Source: an uncultured Methanosarcinales archaeon | GTDB lineage: Archaea > Nanobdellota > Nanobdellia > Woesearchaeales > GW2011-AR9 | DNA: 64,000 nt | Assembly: GCA_964344235.1 (NCBI GenBank) | Contig: CAYFMJ010000001.1 | Span: forward strand, 283,020 to 347,019 | Reading direction: 5' to 3' | Part shown: positions 25,733-35,260 of the stretch, one piece after another | Layout: every line of letters begins with the position of its first letter | Numbering within the stretch: position 1 is the first letter of the stretch | Made by a program: the position numbers and the translations under genes | The notes under the pieces: generated by a model | Database searches by the model: none | What the model was told of the DNA's origin: nothing | What the model saw: the letters and a program-made list of their open reading frames with translations, nothing else

Positions 25733-27395
25733 AAAAATTATTTTTCTTGTAATCCTGGGAATTCTTGTGTTCGGTTTTAGGGCTGTTAATCTAAACGAAG
25801 CCATTTATGACGATGAAGCTAACTTTGCGTATTCCTTAACAGTAATGGATGAATGGGGGTTTAATCATGATTTTCCATCTCCACAGTTGTTTAATGTTTT
25901 GTATAAACCGTTTATCGCTTTGTTTGGGTTGCAGACGTGGGTGTTTCGTTTGTTGCCTTGGCTTTTTGGTATATTAAATACAGTTTTTGTATACTTTTTT
26001 GCCAGAAGAAATTGGGGCAAATCAGTTGCTTTTTGGTCGACACTTTTGATGTTAGTAAGTTTTTATCCAACCCTCGCATCCCTACAGTTTGATGTTGAAG
26101 GAAGTTTAGTAATGTCTGCTATTCTGTTATTATTCTTTTCGTATATCGAATCTGAAAGCGCTTATTGTGTGAGAAAAAAGCGATTTTGGCAAATTCTAGC
26201 AGGCGTGGGCCTGGGTATTGCTGTGATTTCAAAGTATAATTCTGTGTATATTGTTTTGCCTTTGTTCATATATGTTCTTATGCGGAACAAGTGGCGCCTT
26301 AAAAATACGTTTAAGTGTCTCTTTTTGGTATATTTCTCAGGTTTTATTCTCTTTGTTGCTCAACTCCTTTTTGCTATTATGATTGTGCCACAAGAGGCTG
26401 CGAATGCAATACCGTTTTTTTCTTGGTCAACTGGATTTGGTGCGGCATATCGTCCAGCTGGTGTCTCCTTTTTAGGGTTACTTATGTTTTCACTGTGGGG
26501 CACGTCGCTTTTGCTCGGCTTCTATCTACTTTCATTTTGGCAACGAAGAAAGAAAACATTATTCTTTTTTTTGTGGGTTACAGGAGCTCTCTTGTTTTAC
26601 ACATTGTTTTTAACGTATGGTTCAATGGATCGCTACTTTATGAACACAATTCCAGCAATGGCGATATTGGGTGGAATCTATATCTCGAGTCTCACCCTAA
26701 AACGAAAACACCTTTTCTTTGGAAGTGTCATCTGTTTCTTCTTTCTTATCATGCTCTTTTTGATAAACTCTTTTCCCATACACTATATTTCACGTTTTCC
26801 AAATCTCTATCTACAAGAACTTACGCTTTTTAACTTGAATTTTCTCTTTTCATACACCTCTGCGTCTGGGCCAACGTTTGGCGTTAATTTTGCAACAATT
26901 TTTCTTTCATTTGTGTTGGCGTTTTATTTTCTCGTGTTTTATTTATGGTATCGTCGAAAGAATAGGGCTCTTGCAAAATATTGCTTCACAGTATTTCTTT
27001 TTGTGTCTATTGCTTTTAATCTCTTTCTCGTCTCGGAATATTTATTTCACCCTACCGGTGTTGCAGTAAGTGATGCCAAAAAAGAAATGATCTCATATGC
27101 ACAACAGAATGAGCTGCCTTTTCCAATATATTCAAACGATGAGGGAATACAATGGTATTTTGATCATTACTATTGGCATAATAAAGAGAACGTTGTGAGT
27201 TTCCCCGACAATGAAATTGGAGATGACCCTCGGTCAGCTATCGAAAGCATCAAAGAAAGAGCTGGGACAATTCTTTTGCTGCATTGGCCACCACTCCATG
27301 AAAAAAGCCCTGCGTGGGCGGTTGTTTCGTTGTGCACACAGAAAGAGGAATTTTTTTCAAAAGGACGATTGATTGGAGAGGTTTACACCTGTTAA
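25725..27395 (+). CDS. second GT-C fold membrane glycosyltransferase (ArnT/PMT_2-like)
   Basis: 556 aa with ~12 TM helices. The N-terminal luminal loop carries acidic residues (YDDEANFAY). A soluble ~120 aa C-terminal domain follows. Confidence 0.6.
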   Translation: MDKKIIFLVILGILVFGFRAVNLNEAIYDDEANFAYSLTVMDEWGFNHDFPSPQLFNVLYKPFIALFGLQTWVFRLLPWLFGILNTVFVYFFARRNWGKSVAFWSTLLMLVSFYPTLASLQFDVEGSLVMSAILLLFFSYIESESAYCVRKKRFWQILAGVGLGIAVISKYNSVYIVLPLFIYVLMRNKWRLKNTFKCLFLVYFSGFILFVAQLLFAIMIVPQEAANAIPFFSWSTGFGAAYRPAGVSFLGLLMFSLWGTSLLLGFYLLSFWQRRKKTLFFFLWVTGALLFYTLFLTYGSMDRYFMNTIPAMAILGGIYISSLTLKRKHLFFGSVICFFFLIMLFLINSFPIHYISRFPNLYLQELTLFNLNFLFSYTSASGPTFGVNFATIFLSFVLAFYFLVFYLWYRRKNRALAKYCFTVFLFVSIAFNLFLVSEYLFHPTGVAVSDAKKEMISYAQQNELPFPIYSNDEGIQWYFDHYYWHNKENVVSFPDNEIGDDPRSAIESIKERAGTILLLHWPPLHEKSPAWAVVSLCTQKEEFFSKGRLIGEVYTC

Positions 27396-27443
27396 GGATT
27401 TTAATATTAAATTGGCGACTCAGAACTGGGAAACCAAATTCAT

Positions 27444-28361
27444 TTAAAATTTATTTTTTAAGAATTTTAGGTCAACTTCTTCACGCCAGAATAAATTTCT
27501 TGCTTTGGCAAATGTGTTAAGGTTCTGCAGGTATAGACTCTGTTTTTGTGGGTCTTTAAACTCGTTCTCTAAGTTTGCTATTTCTTCTAGTTCAACTTTA
27601 ATTGTATCTTTATAGTCTTGATTTGTAAGGTGTTTTAGCATTGACTTATATTGTTGCTTTTTTAGATTAATCCCATATGAAATATATTTTGCATTAAAGC
27701 TTGTTTTCATTCCAGCAATATTACTATCATATTGGCGATAATAAGTATAGCTATTTTTGAGGAGTTTTGCTTTATGACCCTGTGCTAAGAGAGAGGAAAA
27801 AATCCACCAATCAGTTACTACTAAGTTTGAAGTTATTGGAAATATTTTTTCAAGAAGATTAGCCCTTATTGCAGTGTTATTTAGGCCACAAAGGTTTTTT
27901 TTAATGTTATCCACAAATGAAATCGTATCTGACTTAAGTTTTTCTTGATACCAAGGTCCACTTTTTTGTTTTCCATTTTCATATGTTGGAATGAGATCAG
28001 TAAATACAATTTCATCTGTTTGGAGAGCTTCTCTTGTTTTAGCTACTCGGTCTTTGTCAAAATAATCATCAGTATCGGTGAAAATAATCACTTTAACATT
28101 TTCCTTTTTAACTTTCTCTTGGAGTGAAGGGATAATGTATTGCCAAAGAGTGGGACCTTTCGCTCCCGGGTTTGGAACTGGAAGAATTTGAACTTTTATT
28201 TTAGAGTTTATTCGTGCAGTGACCTCTTCTGTGTTAGGATAATTATTGTCAAAAAGCCAAAGTTCGAAGTTAGTATCGGTTTGGTCATTAATGGCTTTTC
28301 TGTATTGGGGCCAAAATGGGCGCATTATGGGATACAGAACGCCAACAACTATTAATTTCAT
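27444..28361 (-). CDS. putative glycosyltransferase (GT-A-like, DxD motif)
   Basis: 305 aa. IIFTDTDDYF is a DxD-type motif. The gene is AT-rich. I cannot assign a family with confidence. Confidence 0.4.
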   Translation of the reverse strand: MKLIVVGVLYPIMRPFWPQYRKAINDQTDTNFELWLFDNNYPNTEEVTARINSKIKVQILPVPNPGAKGPTLWQYIIPSLQEKVKKENVKVIIFTDTDDYFDKDRVAKTREALQTDEIVFTDLIPTYENGKQKSGPWYQEKLKSDTISFVDNIKKNLCGLNNTAIRANLLEKIFPITSNLVVTDWWIFSSLLAQGHKAKLLKNSYTYYRQYDSNIAGMKTSFNAKYISYGINLKKQQYKSMLKHLTNQDYKDTIKVELEEIANLENEFKDPQKQSLYLQNLNTFAKARNLFWREEVDLKFLKNKF

Positions 28362-29053
28362 TTTCTCTTTCTCTCGTCTTTAAAATTGACTGGCTTTTGA
28401 TAACGAAATAATCTAGCATTGGGCATTACCATTACAGAGTTATCTTCAACGTCGGTTTGAATAATTGCTCCCGCTCCCGTTAGAACATTGTTCCCAATCT
28501 TTCTTTTTTCGATAATGCGAGTGCCCATACCAAAGAAGTTATAGTTACCAATAGTAACATTTCCACCAATGATTACACTCGTACAGAAATTACAGAAACT
28601 TCCAATATACGTGTCGTGTCCAATGACACAATAGCGGTTGAAGTAGTTAAAATCTCCAATTTCAATATCTGTTGTAAGGTTCGTTCCAACATTTATAATA
28701 TTTCCCTCTCCGAACTTTACTCCTTCGGCGTCATACAAAACTGAGGGATGAATTAAGTTTGGAAATGTAATGGAACACTGATTATACTGTTTAATCTTTT
28801 GTACAATTGTGGCCGTGGTTCGAGGTGTTCCGTTGGCGACGGCGATACAAATCTCGCTTTTACCCCGGAGGGCAGCATCGAGTGATGGAAATACTGGTAA
28901 GCCGTACACTTTTCTTCCTTTAAATTTCTTAGAGTTGTCAACAAATCCTAAGAGGTTGTAACCACCAATCTGTTTAATAAGCCAGGCAATGTGACGCCCT
29001 TGGCCTCCTGCACAGTAAACGATAATATCTAATGGGGGAACGGTCTCGACCAT
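28358..29053 (-). CDS. NeuD/PglD/PglB-family sugar acyltransferase (N-terminal Rossmann-like + LbH domain)
   Basis: 231 aa. N-terminal IIVYCAGGQGRHIAWLI...LGFVDN, then hexapeptide repeats (IGDFNYFNRYCVIGHDTYIGSFCNFCTSVIIGGNVTIGNYNFFGMGTRII). Confidence 0.75.
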   Translation of the reverse strand: MVETVPPLDIIVYCAGGQGRHIAWLIKQIGGYNLLGFVDNSKKFKGRKVYGLPVFPSLDAALRGKSEICIAVANGTPRTTATIVQKIKQYNQCSITFPNLIHPSVLYDAEGVKFGEGNIINVGTNLTTDIEIGDFNYFNRYCVIGHDTYIGSFCNFCTSVIIGGNVTIGNYNFFGMGTRIIEKRKIGNNVLTGAGAIIQTDVEDNSVMVMPNARLFRYQKPVNFKDERKRK

Positions 29054-29147
29054 GTGCTAGTTGAGGATATTCTCTTTTTAATTCTTATGAAAAATATGTT
29101 GTTTATTTCTACACAACCTTCTATGGAGTTGCTATCTTCTTAGAAAA

Positions 29148-29426
29148 TTAGACTTTTTTTGTAAGAATAAAGAGGTTATCTTTGATAGGCCTGAAGCCTT
29201 TTTGCTTTAAGAAAATGATAATTGATTTAATTGAAGTTAGTCTCGAGACTTCTGCTGGCGGAATGTTTTCTTGTAAGATCTTTTCAAGGCTGGTAATAAT
29301 ATCAAAGTGAGCAATGGAGTCCCATTGAGTATGAGTATCGCATGACGTCTCTATGGTGATCTGGCTAGAAGTAAGGTGTAACACTTTCTGAAATAACTGT
29401 TTTAAATTAATCGAGCTTATTACCAT
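29148..29426 (-). CDS. acyl/peptidyl carrier protein-like (4-helix, phosphopantetheine-attachment Ser)
   Basis: The Met at 29426 gives a ~92-aa protein. WDSIAHFDIITSLEKIL matches the ACP DSL...L serine motif. It overlaps the 3' end of the ligase gene by ~20 nt. The ORF track entry begins earlier, at 29501. Confidence 0.55.
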   Translation of the reverse strand: MVISSINLKQLFQKVLHLTSSQITIETSCDTHTQWDSIAHFDIITSLEKILQENIPPAEVSRLTSIKSIIIFLKQKGFRPIKDNLFILTKKV

Positions 29427-30939
29427 TGTATTCACCTGCAAGAAACAGTTCACGTACTTTGTTTCGTAAAATCTTCCCCCCTCCCCCGAGAGGGAAATCA
29501 TCGATGCTATATATCTCCTCTGGACATTTGTAACTGGCTAAACTATTATGACAAAATTGAACTACACTTTGAGGCTGCCCCTGCTTGCTCGATTCTTTAA
29601 TTTTAACAAGCCCGATTATTTTTTGATTTCTTATCGGATCTGGGATGGCAATGGTCACTGCATTCTCAACTGTGGGGTATGCATAAAGACATTCATCGAC
29701 CTCTCTAAGGGAAACGTTTTTTCCCCCGACAATTGCAATGTCCTTCTTTCTTCCTTTTAAAAAAAGGAATTCTTCCTCATCTACATAACCTAAATCTCCC
29801 GTGTCAAACCAGCTATCTTTGATGACTCTGTTAGTGTTTTCTATATCATCAAGGTACCCTGGCATTAAGCCTTCACAGCGCACCCAAATTTCACCTTCTT
29901 GTTTGGGTTGTGTAATGACATTTCCTTGCGTGTCTCGTATTTGATATTCCGTCATAACCGGTTTGCCGACAGACCCTTTCTTACGCTTCTTTCGCCCATT
30001 AACAAACAGCTGACCAGCGGTCTCACTCATCCCGAGAGAGTCAATCATTGGAAGGTAATAAATTGCTTCAAACTTTTCTTGTACTGAAGCAGGCAGAGGC
30101 GCAGAAGATGTACGAACGAAATCCATGGAGGATATATCAAACTCTTCTTTTTGTATTTCTGAGGCGACAATGATAGAATAATGTGTTGGGGTAGCGTTCA
30201 TCCATGTAGTTTTATATTGGTCCATTAAGTTGAACGTAGTAAAAGGAGTGAACATGCCTTGTTGGTAAACTGCACTACCACCTGTTCTTATAACAGACCA
30301 GATTGTAAAGATTTGTCCATTTGTACCAGAAAAAGGAGTTAGTGCGAGCAAACGATCTTTTGGTTTTAGTTCTAAAGAAATTTCCAAAGATTTTGCTCCC
30401 CAAAGAACATTTTTATGGGTTGATATGATCCCCTTCGGGCTTCCAGTACTTCCAGAAGTATAAAGACAAATGGCGGGGTCATCTTCCTCTATAACTCGAT
30501 CGCTCTTTGATGTAATACCAGATGAAATGGCTTTATCAATGGGGGCGATAAGCACCTGTGTCATTGAGTTCTTAACTTTTTGGGCGAATGAAATATGTTT
30601 GGGGTGAACAAGCAAGCAGTCTGCTCGGTATTTTTTGATTAGTTCTTCTTTTTCATCGTCAAGTAATTTTTCATCAGCCCATAGAACTAATGAACCGTGT
30701 GTGATCGCTCCAAAGTAAGCTAAGTAACCAGCTTTAGAGCGCGGTGATAGAATTAAAAGACGACTCTTTTTTGGAATATTGTTTCTGTCTAAATAGTTTG
30801 CTATAACATTAGATTTCTCAAAGAGCTCTCTATAACTAATTTCTTCGTTATCTTCTGGAAAAATCGCACAAATTTTATTTTGATACTTTTGGGCTTGTAT
30901 CTTCACTAATGCAGGGAGTGAGCGAATTGACATAATCAT
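29407..30939 (-). CDS. AMP-dependent synthetase/ligase (adenylate-forming enzyme; acyl- or aminoacyl-carrier protein ligase)
   Basis: 510 aa. Present: YTSGSTGSPKGI (A3/P-loop), WFDTGDLGY (A7), GRKKDIAIVGGKNVSLREVD (A8). Confidence 0.85.
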   Translation of the reverse strand: MIMSIRSLPALVKIQAQKYQNKICAIFPEDNEEISYRELFEKSNVIANYLDRNNIPKKSRLLILSPRSKAGYLAYFGAITHGSLVLWADEKLLDDEKEELIKKYRADCLLVHPKHISFAQKVKNSMTQVLIAPIDKAISSGITSKSDRVIEEDDPAICLYTSGSTGSPKGIISTHKNVLWGAKSLEISLELKPKDRLLALTPFSGTNGQIFTIWSVIRTGGSAVYQQGMFTPFTTFNLMDQYKTTWMNATPTHYSIIVASEIQKEEFDISSMDFVRTSSAPLPASVQEKFEAIYYLPMIDSLGMSETAGQLFVNGRKKRKKGSVGKPVMTEYQIRDTQGNVITQPKQEGEIWVRCEGLMPGYLDDIENTNRVIKDSWFDTGDLGYVDEEEFLFLKGRKKDIAIVGGKNVSLREVDECLYAYPTVENAVTIAIPDPIRNQKIIGLVKIKESSKQGQPQSVVQFCHNSLASYKCPEEIYSIDDFPLGGGGKILRNKVRELFLAGEYNGNKLD

Positions 30940-31021
30940 TTGAAAAGTTTAGTTTTTTTAAATCTTTAGAAACTCTTTTTGTGAAGACGAGTCTTTATTG
31001 GGCACCTTGTTTTAAGATCTT

Positions 31022-31405
31022 TTACTTTCTTACGTACTTCTTGGAAACTATTGCAAATGCAAGCGCATATTCTGGAGTATGTGATAAAGAGACCTTTACC
31101 TGAAAACGATTTTGTATTTCGGGATAATGGATGAATACATTTGGTGAGCCATCTTCTTTTTTTTTTACTTCAATACATTTGAGGTCACCTTTAAAATCAA
31201 TCTTTAGAACAAGGCCCATCAAAGCTTTAAAAACTGCTTCTTTGGTTGCAAAACGGGCTGCTAGATGTTGAGCTGGGTCTGTTTTTGAAAAGCAATAATC
31301 AAGCTCAGCCTGCCAGAATATTTTTGTGAGAAAGTTTTTATTTGATAATTTCTCTTTAAATCTGGAGATTGCACAAATATCTGTTCCAATAGCGAGGACT
31401 TCCAT
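31022..31405 (-). CDS. acpS: holo-[acyl-carrier-protein] synthase (AcpS-type 4'-phosphopantetheinyl transferase)
   Basis: 127 aa. AIGTDICAISRF, LAARFATKEAVFKALMG, IEVKKKEDGSPNV and VSLSHTPEYALAFAIV align block-for-block with bacterial AcpS. Confidence 0.8.
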   Translation of the reverse strand: MEVLAIGTDICAISRFKEKLSNKNFLTKIFWQAELDYCFSKTDPAQHLAARFATKEAVFKALMGLVLKIDFKGDLKCIEVKKKEDGSPNVFIHYPEIQNRFQVKVSLSHTPEYALAFAIVSKKYVRK

Positions 31406-31431
31406 ATTTCATGTTTTTTTAAGACAAATTT

Positions 31432-31449
31432 ATGTAACTTATGTAACTT
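31432..31449. repeat. tandem 9-mer ATGTAACTT x2 abutting an ATATAAATT element in the acpS/hydrolase divergent intergenic region
   Basis: Read directly from the sequence: ttATGTAACTTATGTAACTTatataaatt, 27-44 nt upstream of the acpS start on the minus strand. Confidence 0.5.
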
Positions 31450-31631
31450 ATATAAATTCTATTTTACTAAAATTATATGTTGTTTTTATTGTTGACCTAG
31501 AATGTTTCACAACGCTTAAATATAAATGTGTTGGGTAATCTCAAGACACGTATTGTATTATTATAGTGGGTTGTTAAGGGAAGTTTTTGCTGTGTTTGTG
31601 TGGATAGTAATAAAGCTTGTAGCAATAAAAA

Positions 31632-32414
31632 ATGGAACAAGAAATCTATTTTCCAACATCAACATCCGATTTGTTATTTGGAAAGCTTCAATGTCCAGAA
31701 GTTGGTGATTTTGGGCCAAAAAGGCGAAAGCTTGTTATTCTATCTCACGGTTATGGTTCGCATTTAGATGCTCGGACAACGCAAATTGGTGTCGTTGGTG
31801 CTCTCTATAAGCGGGGAATTGATACTTTTAGATTTTCGTTCTGGGGAAGCAGCCATTCTGCAGGCAATTTTGAGAAGAATACCCTTACGCAATATATCTC
31901 TGACCTTGAGGCTGCAGTGCGTTATGCGCGAGAAGTTCTGGGATATCACCACATAAGTTTGTATGGCTTTAGTTGTGGAGGTACTATTTCGCTCCATGTT
32001 GCAGCCAAAGATCCTACTATCGAAAAGGTTGCAGTTGTCGCTCCAGTTCTTGATTATCCTGCACAAAGAAGACGTAGACTTGGTGATCTTGTAATGAAGC
32101 ACTGGGAGGAGAGTGGAAAGTTAGAGTTTCCCAATTATGGTGAGGAAAAACATGTTCATTATTACTTCATAGAAGATGCTTACCAGCATATTCTCTTAGA
32201 TGAAGAAGCGACGGTTAATAGGTTGTTAGAAATCTCCCAACCAGTATTACTTCTCCATGGGACGGCGGATTCAGAAGTCCCCTTTTCGCAAAGTCTTCGT
32301 GCTCACGAATCCTTGCCTTCTTCGGAAGTTAGATTATTTGAGGACGATGATCATTGGCTTAGAGCGAATCGTCAGGAGGTTGATGGGTACATTGCAGAAT
32401 GGTTGTCTCAGTGA
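31632..32414 (+). CDS. alpha/beta-fold serine hydrolase
   Basis: 260 aa. The nucleophile elbow is YGFSCGG (GxSxG). A His is present near the C-terminus (DDDHW). Confidence 0.65.
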   Translation: MEQEIYFPTSTSDLLFGKLQCPEVGDFGPKRRKLVILSHGYGSHLDARTTQIGVVGALYKRGIDTFRFSFWGSSHSAGNFEKNTLTQYISDLEAAVRYAREVLGYHHISLYGFSCGGTISLHVAAKDPTIEKVAVVAPVLDYPAQRRRRLGDLVMKHWEESGKLEFPNYGEEKHVHYYFIEDAYQHILLDEEATVNRLLEISQPVLLLHGTADSEVPFSQSLRAHESLPSSEVRLFEDDDHWLRANRQEVDGYIAEWLSQ

Positions 32415-32417
32415 ACC

Positions 32418-32978
32418 TTATCCTTGTTTCTTAATCTTTCTAATATCTATATAATCTATCCCTAAATTCTTAGCAGCATTCTCATCAGATGTTGAATTTC
32501 CGATAAAAAGAATTTTTGGGATTGCAGTGTCGAAATATCTTCTAATTATCAAAAACCCTTCTGAGTTTGGTTTTGTAAAATTAACTTGGTCTTTACCAAC
32601 AATTAATCCAATTCTTTTTCCAATGGCGAATTTTTGCAAGACTTCTCTGATAACTGAAGACTGATTTGATGACCAGACCACCTGTGGCCCAAGGAATTCT
32701 TTCATGATACTCTTGCACTTCTCATTTTCTTTAAAACCATTAACTCCTTGCGATTCGAACTGGTAGGCGATTTCATTAAACTCTTTCTTCCCTACTTCTC
32801 CTAATCTTTCATACACAGTGCTTGCACCACCCGAGTAACTCGTGAAATCAATATCCATGTTGTGTTTCTCTAAGAAATGGTTATGTAATGCCGACCGAAG
32901 AGCGGCCCAATCAACATCTAATTTTCCGATTGTGCCATCAAAGTCCAAGATCAGCAAGTCATATCGTTGGAAATCCAT
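32418..32978 (-). CDS. HAD-superfamily phosphatase
   Basis: 186 aa. Motif I is LILDFDGTIG (DxDGT). Motif III is a K upstream of GNSTSDENAA. Confidence 0.7.
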   Translation of the reverse strand: MDFQRYDLLILDFDGTIGKLDVDWAALRSALHNHFLEKHNMDIDFTSYSGGASTVYERLGEVGKKEFNEIAYQFESQGVNGFKENEKCKSIMKEFLGPQVVWSSNQSSVIREVLQKFAIGKRIGLIVGKDQVNFTKPNSEGFLIIRRYFDTAIPKILFIGNSTSDENAAKNLGIDYIDIRKIKKQG

Positions 32979-33990
32979 TTTCTTGGTATGTTTTTATTGC
33001 GTTCTTTAAATGTGTTATCTTTCGTTGCAATCCAGGAAGCAATTCATCAATAAAATCACTATTGAGCGAATAGTTTAATAAATCTTCCACCCATATACGG
33101 ATTGCGACAATGGGGATACATTCTTTTTCTTGTGCTGTTAAAGGTAATTCTTGGTTGTATGTTTCAATGTAGTGGGTTGCTCTTTCTTGATTAAATGGTA
33201 TGATGTTGCCTTCTGCGTTCCTCGTTGAGAAACACCACATCGCGTAAACTACATCTCTGATATGAGGAATATACATCATCTCGTCTGGGTCAAGCAGTGC
33301 ACTTACCTCGCCTTTTTGATAAATAACGTTTCCTGGCCAGATGTCTTTATGCGCAACGATTTTTGGTAAAGCAGGGTATTGTTTTTTATCAACCAATGCT
33401 ATTTGTTGCTCAACAAGCGGGAGCACTTCTTGTACTCGCTGACGAAACATGCTTGCTGTAGCGCTTTTTGCTTTCTTGCGTACTTCTTGTAACGTTACCT
33501 GTAACCGTTCCCGGCGGAGGAAAATGCTTCTTGTCTCTTTTATGTGCATAACATTGGTGGGTGCCATCGTAGTGAGTGTGCGGTTTAGTGTTGCATGGAA
33601 CTTTGCCATGCTTTGGACTTCAGGTATTATGCTTTGAAATGAACTGCCTTCAATAAAAGGGTAGAGAACGTAATAGTTCTCATTATACTTGACATAGATA
33701 GTATTTTCATTTGTTGTTAGATAGCTGACGAGTGGAATATTCTCGTTCATTACATGCTGCATGAAATGTTGCAAGCCTTTAAAGTAGTGTTCTGGAGTGC
33801 ATAATGCAAAATATTCTTTAGGGATTTCTTTCAGCACGAATTTTGTTGTTCCCTCTGTTAAAAGATGAAGCGAACTTTTTGCATTAAATTTTATGTGAGT
33901 TGATGAACTAAGATTTTTTAGGTTTTTAGAATATGATCTGTTGATGTTTTGTAGCAAATTTTGGGATATCATTGTTTTTGATTTATACAA
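32959..33990 (-). CDS. APH/ChoK-fold small-molecule kinase (aminoglycoside phosphotransferase-like)
   Basis: 343 aa. The catalytic loop is HKDIWPGNVIY (HxDxxxxN). A DPDEM block (DxD-like) follows. Confidence 0.6.
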   Translation of the reverse strand: MYKSKTMISQNLLQNINRSYSKNLKNLSSSTHIKFNAKSSLHLLTEGTTKFVLKEIPKEYFALCTPEHYFKGLQHFMQHVMNENIPLVSYLTTNENTIYVKYNENYYVLYPFIEGSSFQSIIPEVQSMAKFHATLNRTLTTMAPTNVMHIKETRSIFLRRERLQVTLQEVRKKAKSATASMFRQRVQEVLPLVEQQIALVDKKQYPALPKIVAHKDIWPGNVIYQKGEVSALLDPDEMMYIPHIRDVVYAMWCFSTRNAEGNIIPFNQERATHYIETYNQELPLTAQEKECIPIVAIRIWVEDLLNYSLNSDFIDELLPGLQRKITHLKNAIKTYQENGFPTI

Positions 33991-34045
33991 TAATTACACT
34001 TTTAAATAATTCTTTCCCTGTTTCTTGACTTTCTTTTCATAATCT

Positions 34046-34053
34046 ATTTAAAC
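34046..34053 (+). promoter_or_regulatory. TATA box (TATTTAAA) for neuB-like gene
   Basis: Its centre lies ~26 nt upstream of the ATG at 34076. Confidence 0.45.
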
Positions 34054-34075
34054 CGTTCTTTCTCGTTTTTGCAGA

Positions 34076-35122
34076 ATGGACTCAGAGATATATCAGCGGT
34101 TGACAAATGAGACGAAACCTTTTGTTCTGGCGGAAATTGGTTCAAATCACATGGCCAGTATGGAGACTGCTAAAGAGCTTATTGATGCAGCGGTTGAAGC
34201 TGGCTGTGATGGTGTTAAGTTTCAATCACTTGGTTGGAATGATTGGAATTCGAAAACGGTTTTTCAAAAAAGACGTAACTATACTGCTCCTGGCTTGCTA
34301 GTGGTTGGGCTAGAGGCCACTAATAAGTTACTTGAACTCTCAAAAGAGCAACATCACGAATTAAAAAGGTATTGTGATGAGAAAGGCATTCTTTTTTCTT
34401 CAACTCCCGCAACTAACGCCCAAATAGATATGCTTGTTGATGAGCTGAAAGTTCCATTCTTAAAAATTGCTTCAATGGATTTAACAAACCACGATTTCCT
34501 ACGCTATGCTGCATCGAAGGGCGTTCCGATTGTTCTTTCAACGGGGATGGCACTACTTCATGAAATTGCCGAGGCTGTTGAAGTAATTAAGGGAACCGGT
34601 AATGATCAATTGATTCTTCTACATTGTGTGGCAACATATCCTACCCCTCACGATTGGGTTGATCTCCAAAACATCTCCATGTTAAAAGATACTTTTGGTT
34701 TTCCAATTGGCTTTTCAGATCACACTTTGACAGCGGATATCCCAATTGCATCAGTGGCGTTGGGTGCTTGTTTTATTGAGAAACATTTTATGTTAGAAGG
34801 GCAGGAGTGTCGTGAAAAGAAAGTATCCATTACTCCCTCACAAATGAAGCGATTGGTAGAAGGGGCACATAATGTTGGTATGGCAATGGGAACGTATCAT
34901 AGACGCTTAACTGAGCAGGAAGTAATACGAAGAGGATGGATGCGTCGAGGGATTTTGGTTCGAAAAGATTTACCTGCAGGACATATTCTTACGAGGGAAG
35001 ATTTAGTCTTTAAGAGACCAAGTGGTAAGATCCCCGCCAAGGATTGGAAGTATGTTGTTGGGAGAAAGCTTAAGGAGGCAAGGGAAGCAGATGATGTTCT
35101 TGGTTTAGAGGATTTTGAGTGA
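34076..35122 (+). CDS. neuB: nonulosonic acid (sialic/pseudaminic/legionaminic acid) synthase, NeuB family with C-terminal SAF domain
   Basis: 348 aa. VLAEIGSNHMASMETAKELIDAAVEAGCDGVKFQS matches the NeuB N-terminal block (EIGxNHNGS...KFQ). The C-terminal ~60 aa form an antifreeze-like/SAF domain. Confidence 0.85.
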   Translation: MDSEIYQRLTNETKPFVLAEIGSNHMASMETAKELIDAAVEAGCDGVKFQSLGWNDWNSKTVFQKRRNYTAPGLLVVGLEATNKLLELSKEQHHELKRYCDEKGILFSSTPATNAQIDMLVDELKVPFLKIASMDLTNHDFLRYAASKGVPIVLSTGMALLHEIAEAVEVIKGTGNDQLILLHCVATYPTPHDWVDLQNISMLKDTFGFPIGFSDHTLTADIPIASVALGACFIEKHFMLEGQECREKKVSITPSQMKRLVEGAHNVGMAMGTYHRRLTEQEVIRRGWMRRGILVRKDLPAGHILTREDLVFKRPSGKIPAKDWKYVVGRKLKEAREADDVLGLEDFE

Positions 35123-35260
35123 GAAAGGTAAGAATTATCCTTAAGACATTGCCCAACAATCTCTATGTTCTGTGACAAGTCTCTAAAAAATCCCGAGTGA
35201 TGTTACGTTGTTCTATAGTTCCACAACGCTTATTAGTTTTCCTTTATCAGGTGGCAGATT

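Noticed and set aside
26315-26833. 172-aa + ORF in an alternative frame inside the GT-C gene 25725..27395
   Set aside because: Same strand but a different frame from a 556-aa ORF with coherent TM topology. Its Cys/Phe-rich composition is typical of a frame-shifted AT-rich membrane gene.
29472-29484. Interrupted C12 tract (CCCCCCCTCCCCC) as a phase-variation switch
   Set aside because: It encodes a Gly run (GGGG) at the very C-terminus of the adenylating enzyme, and a frameshift there would only alter the last ~20 residues. I noted it but did not call it a switch.
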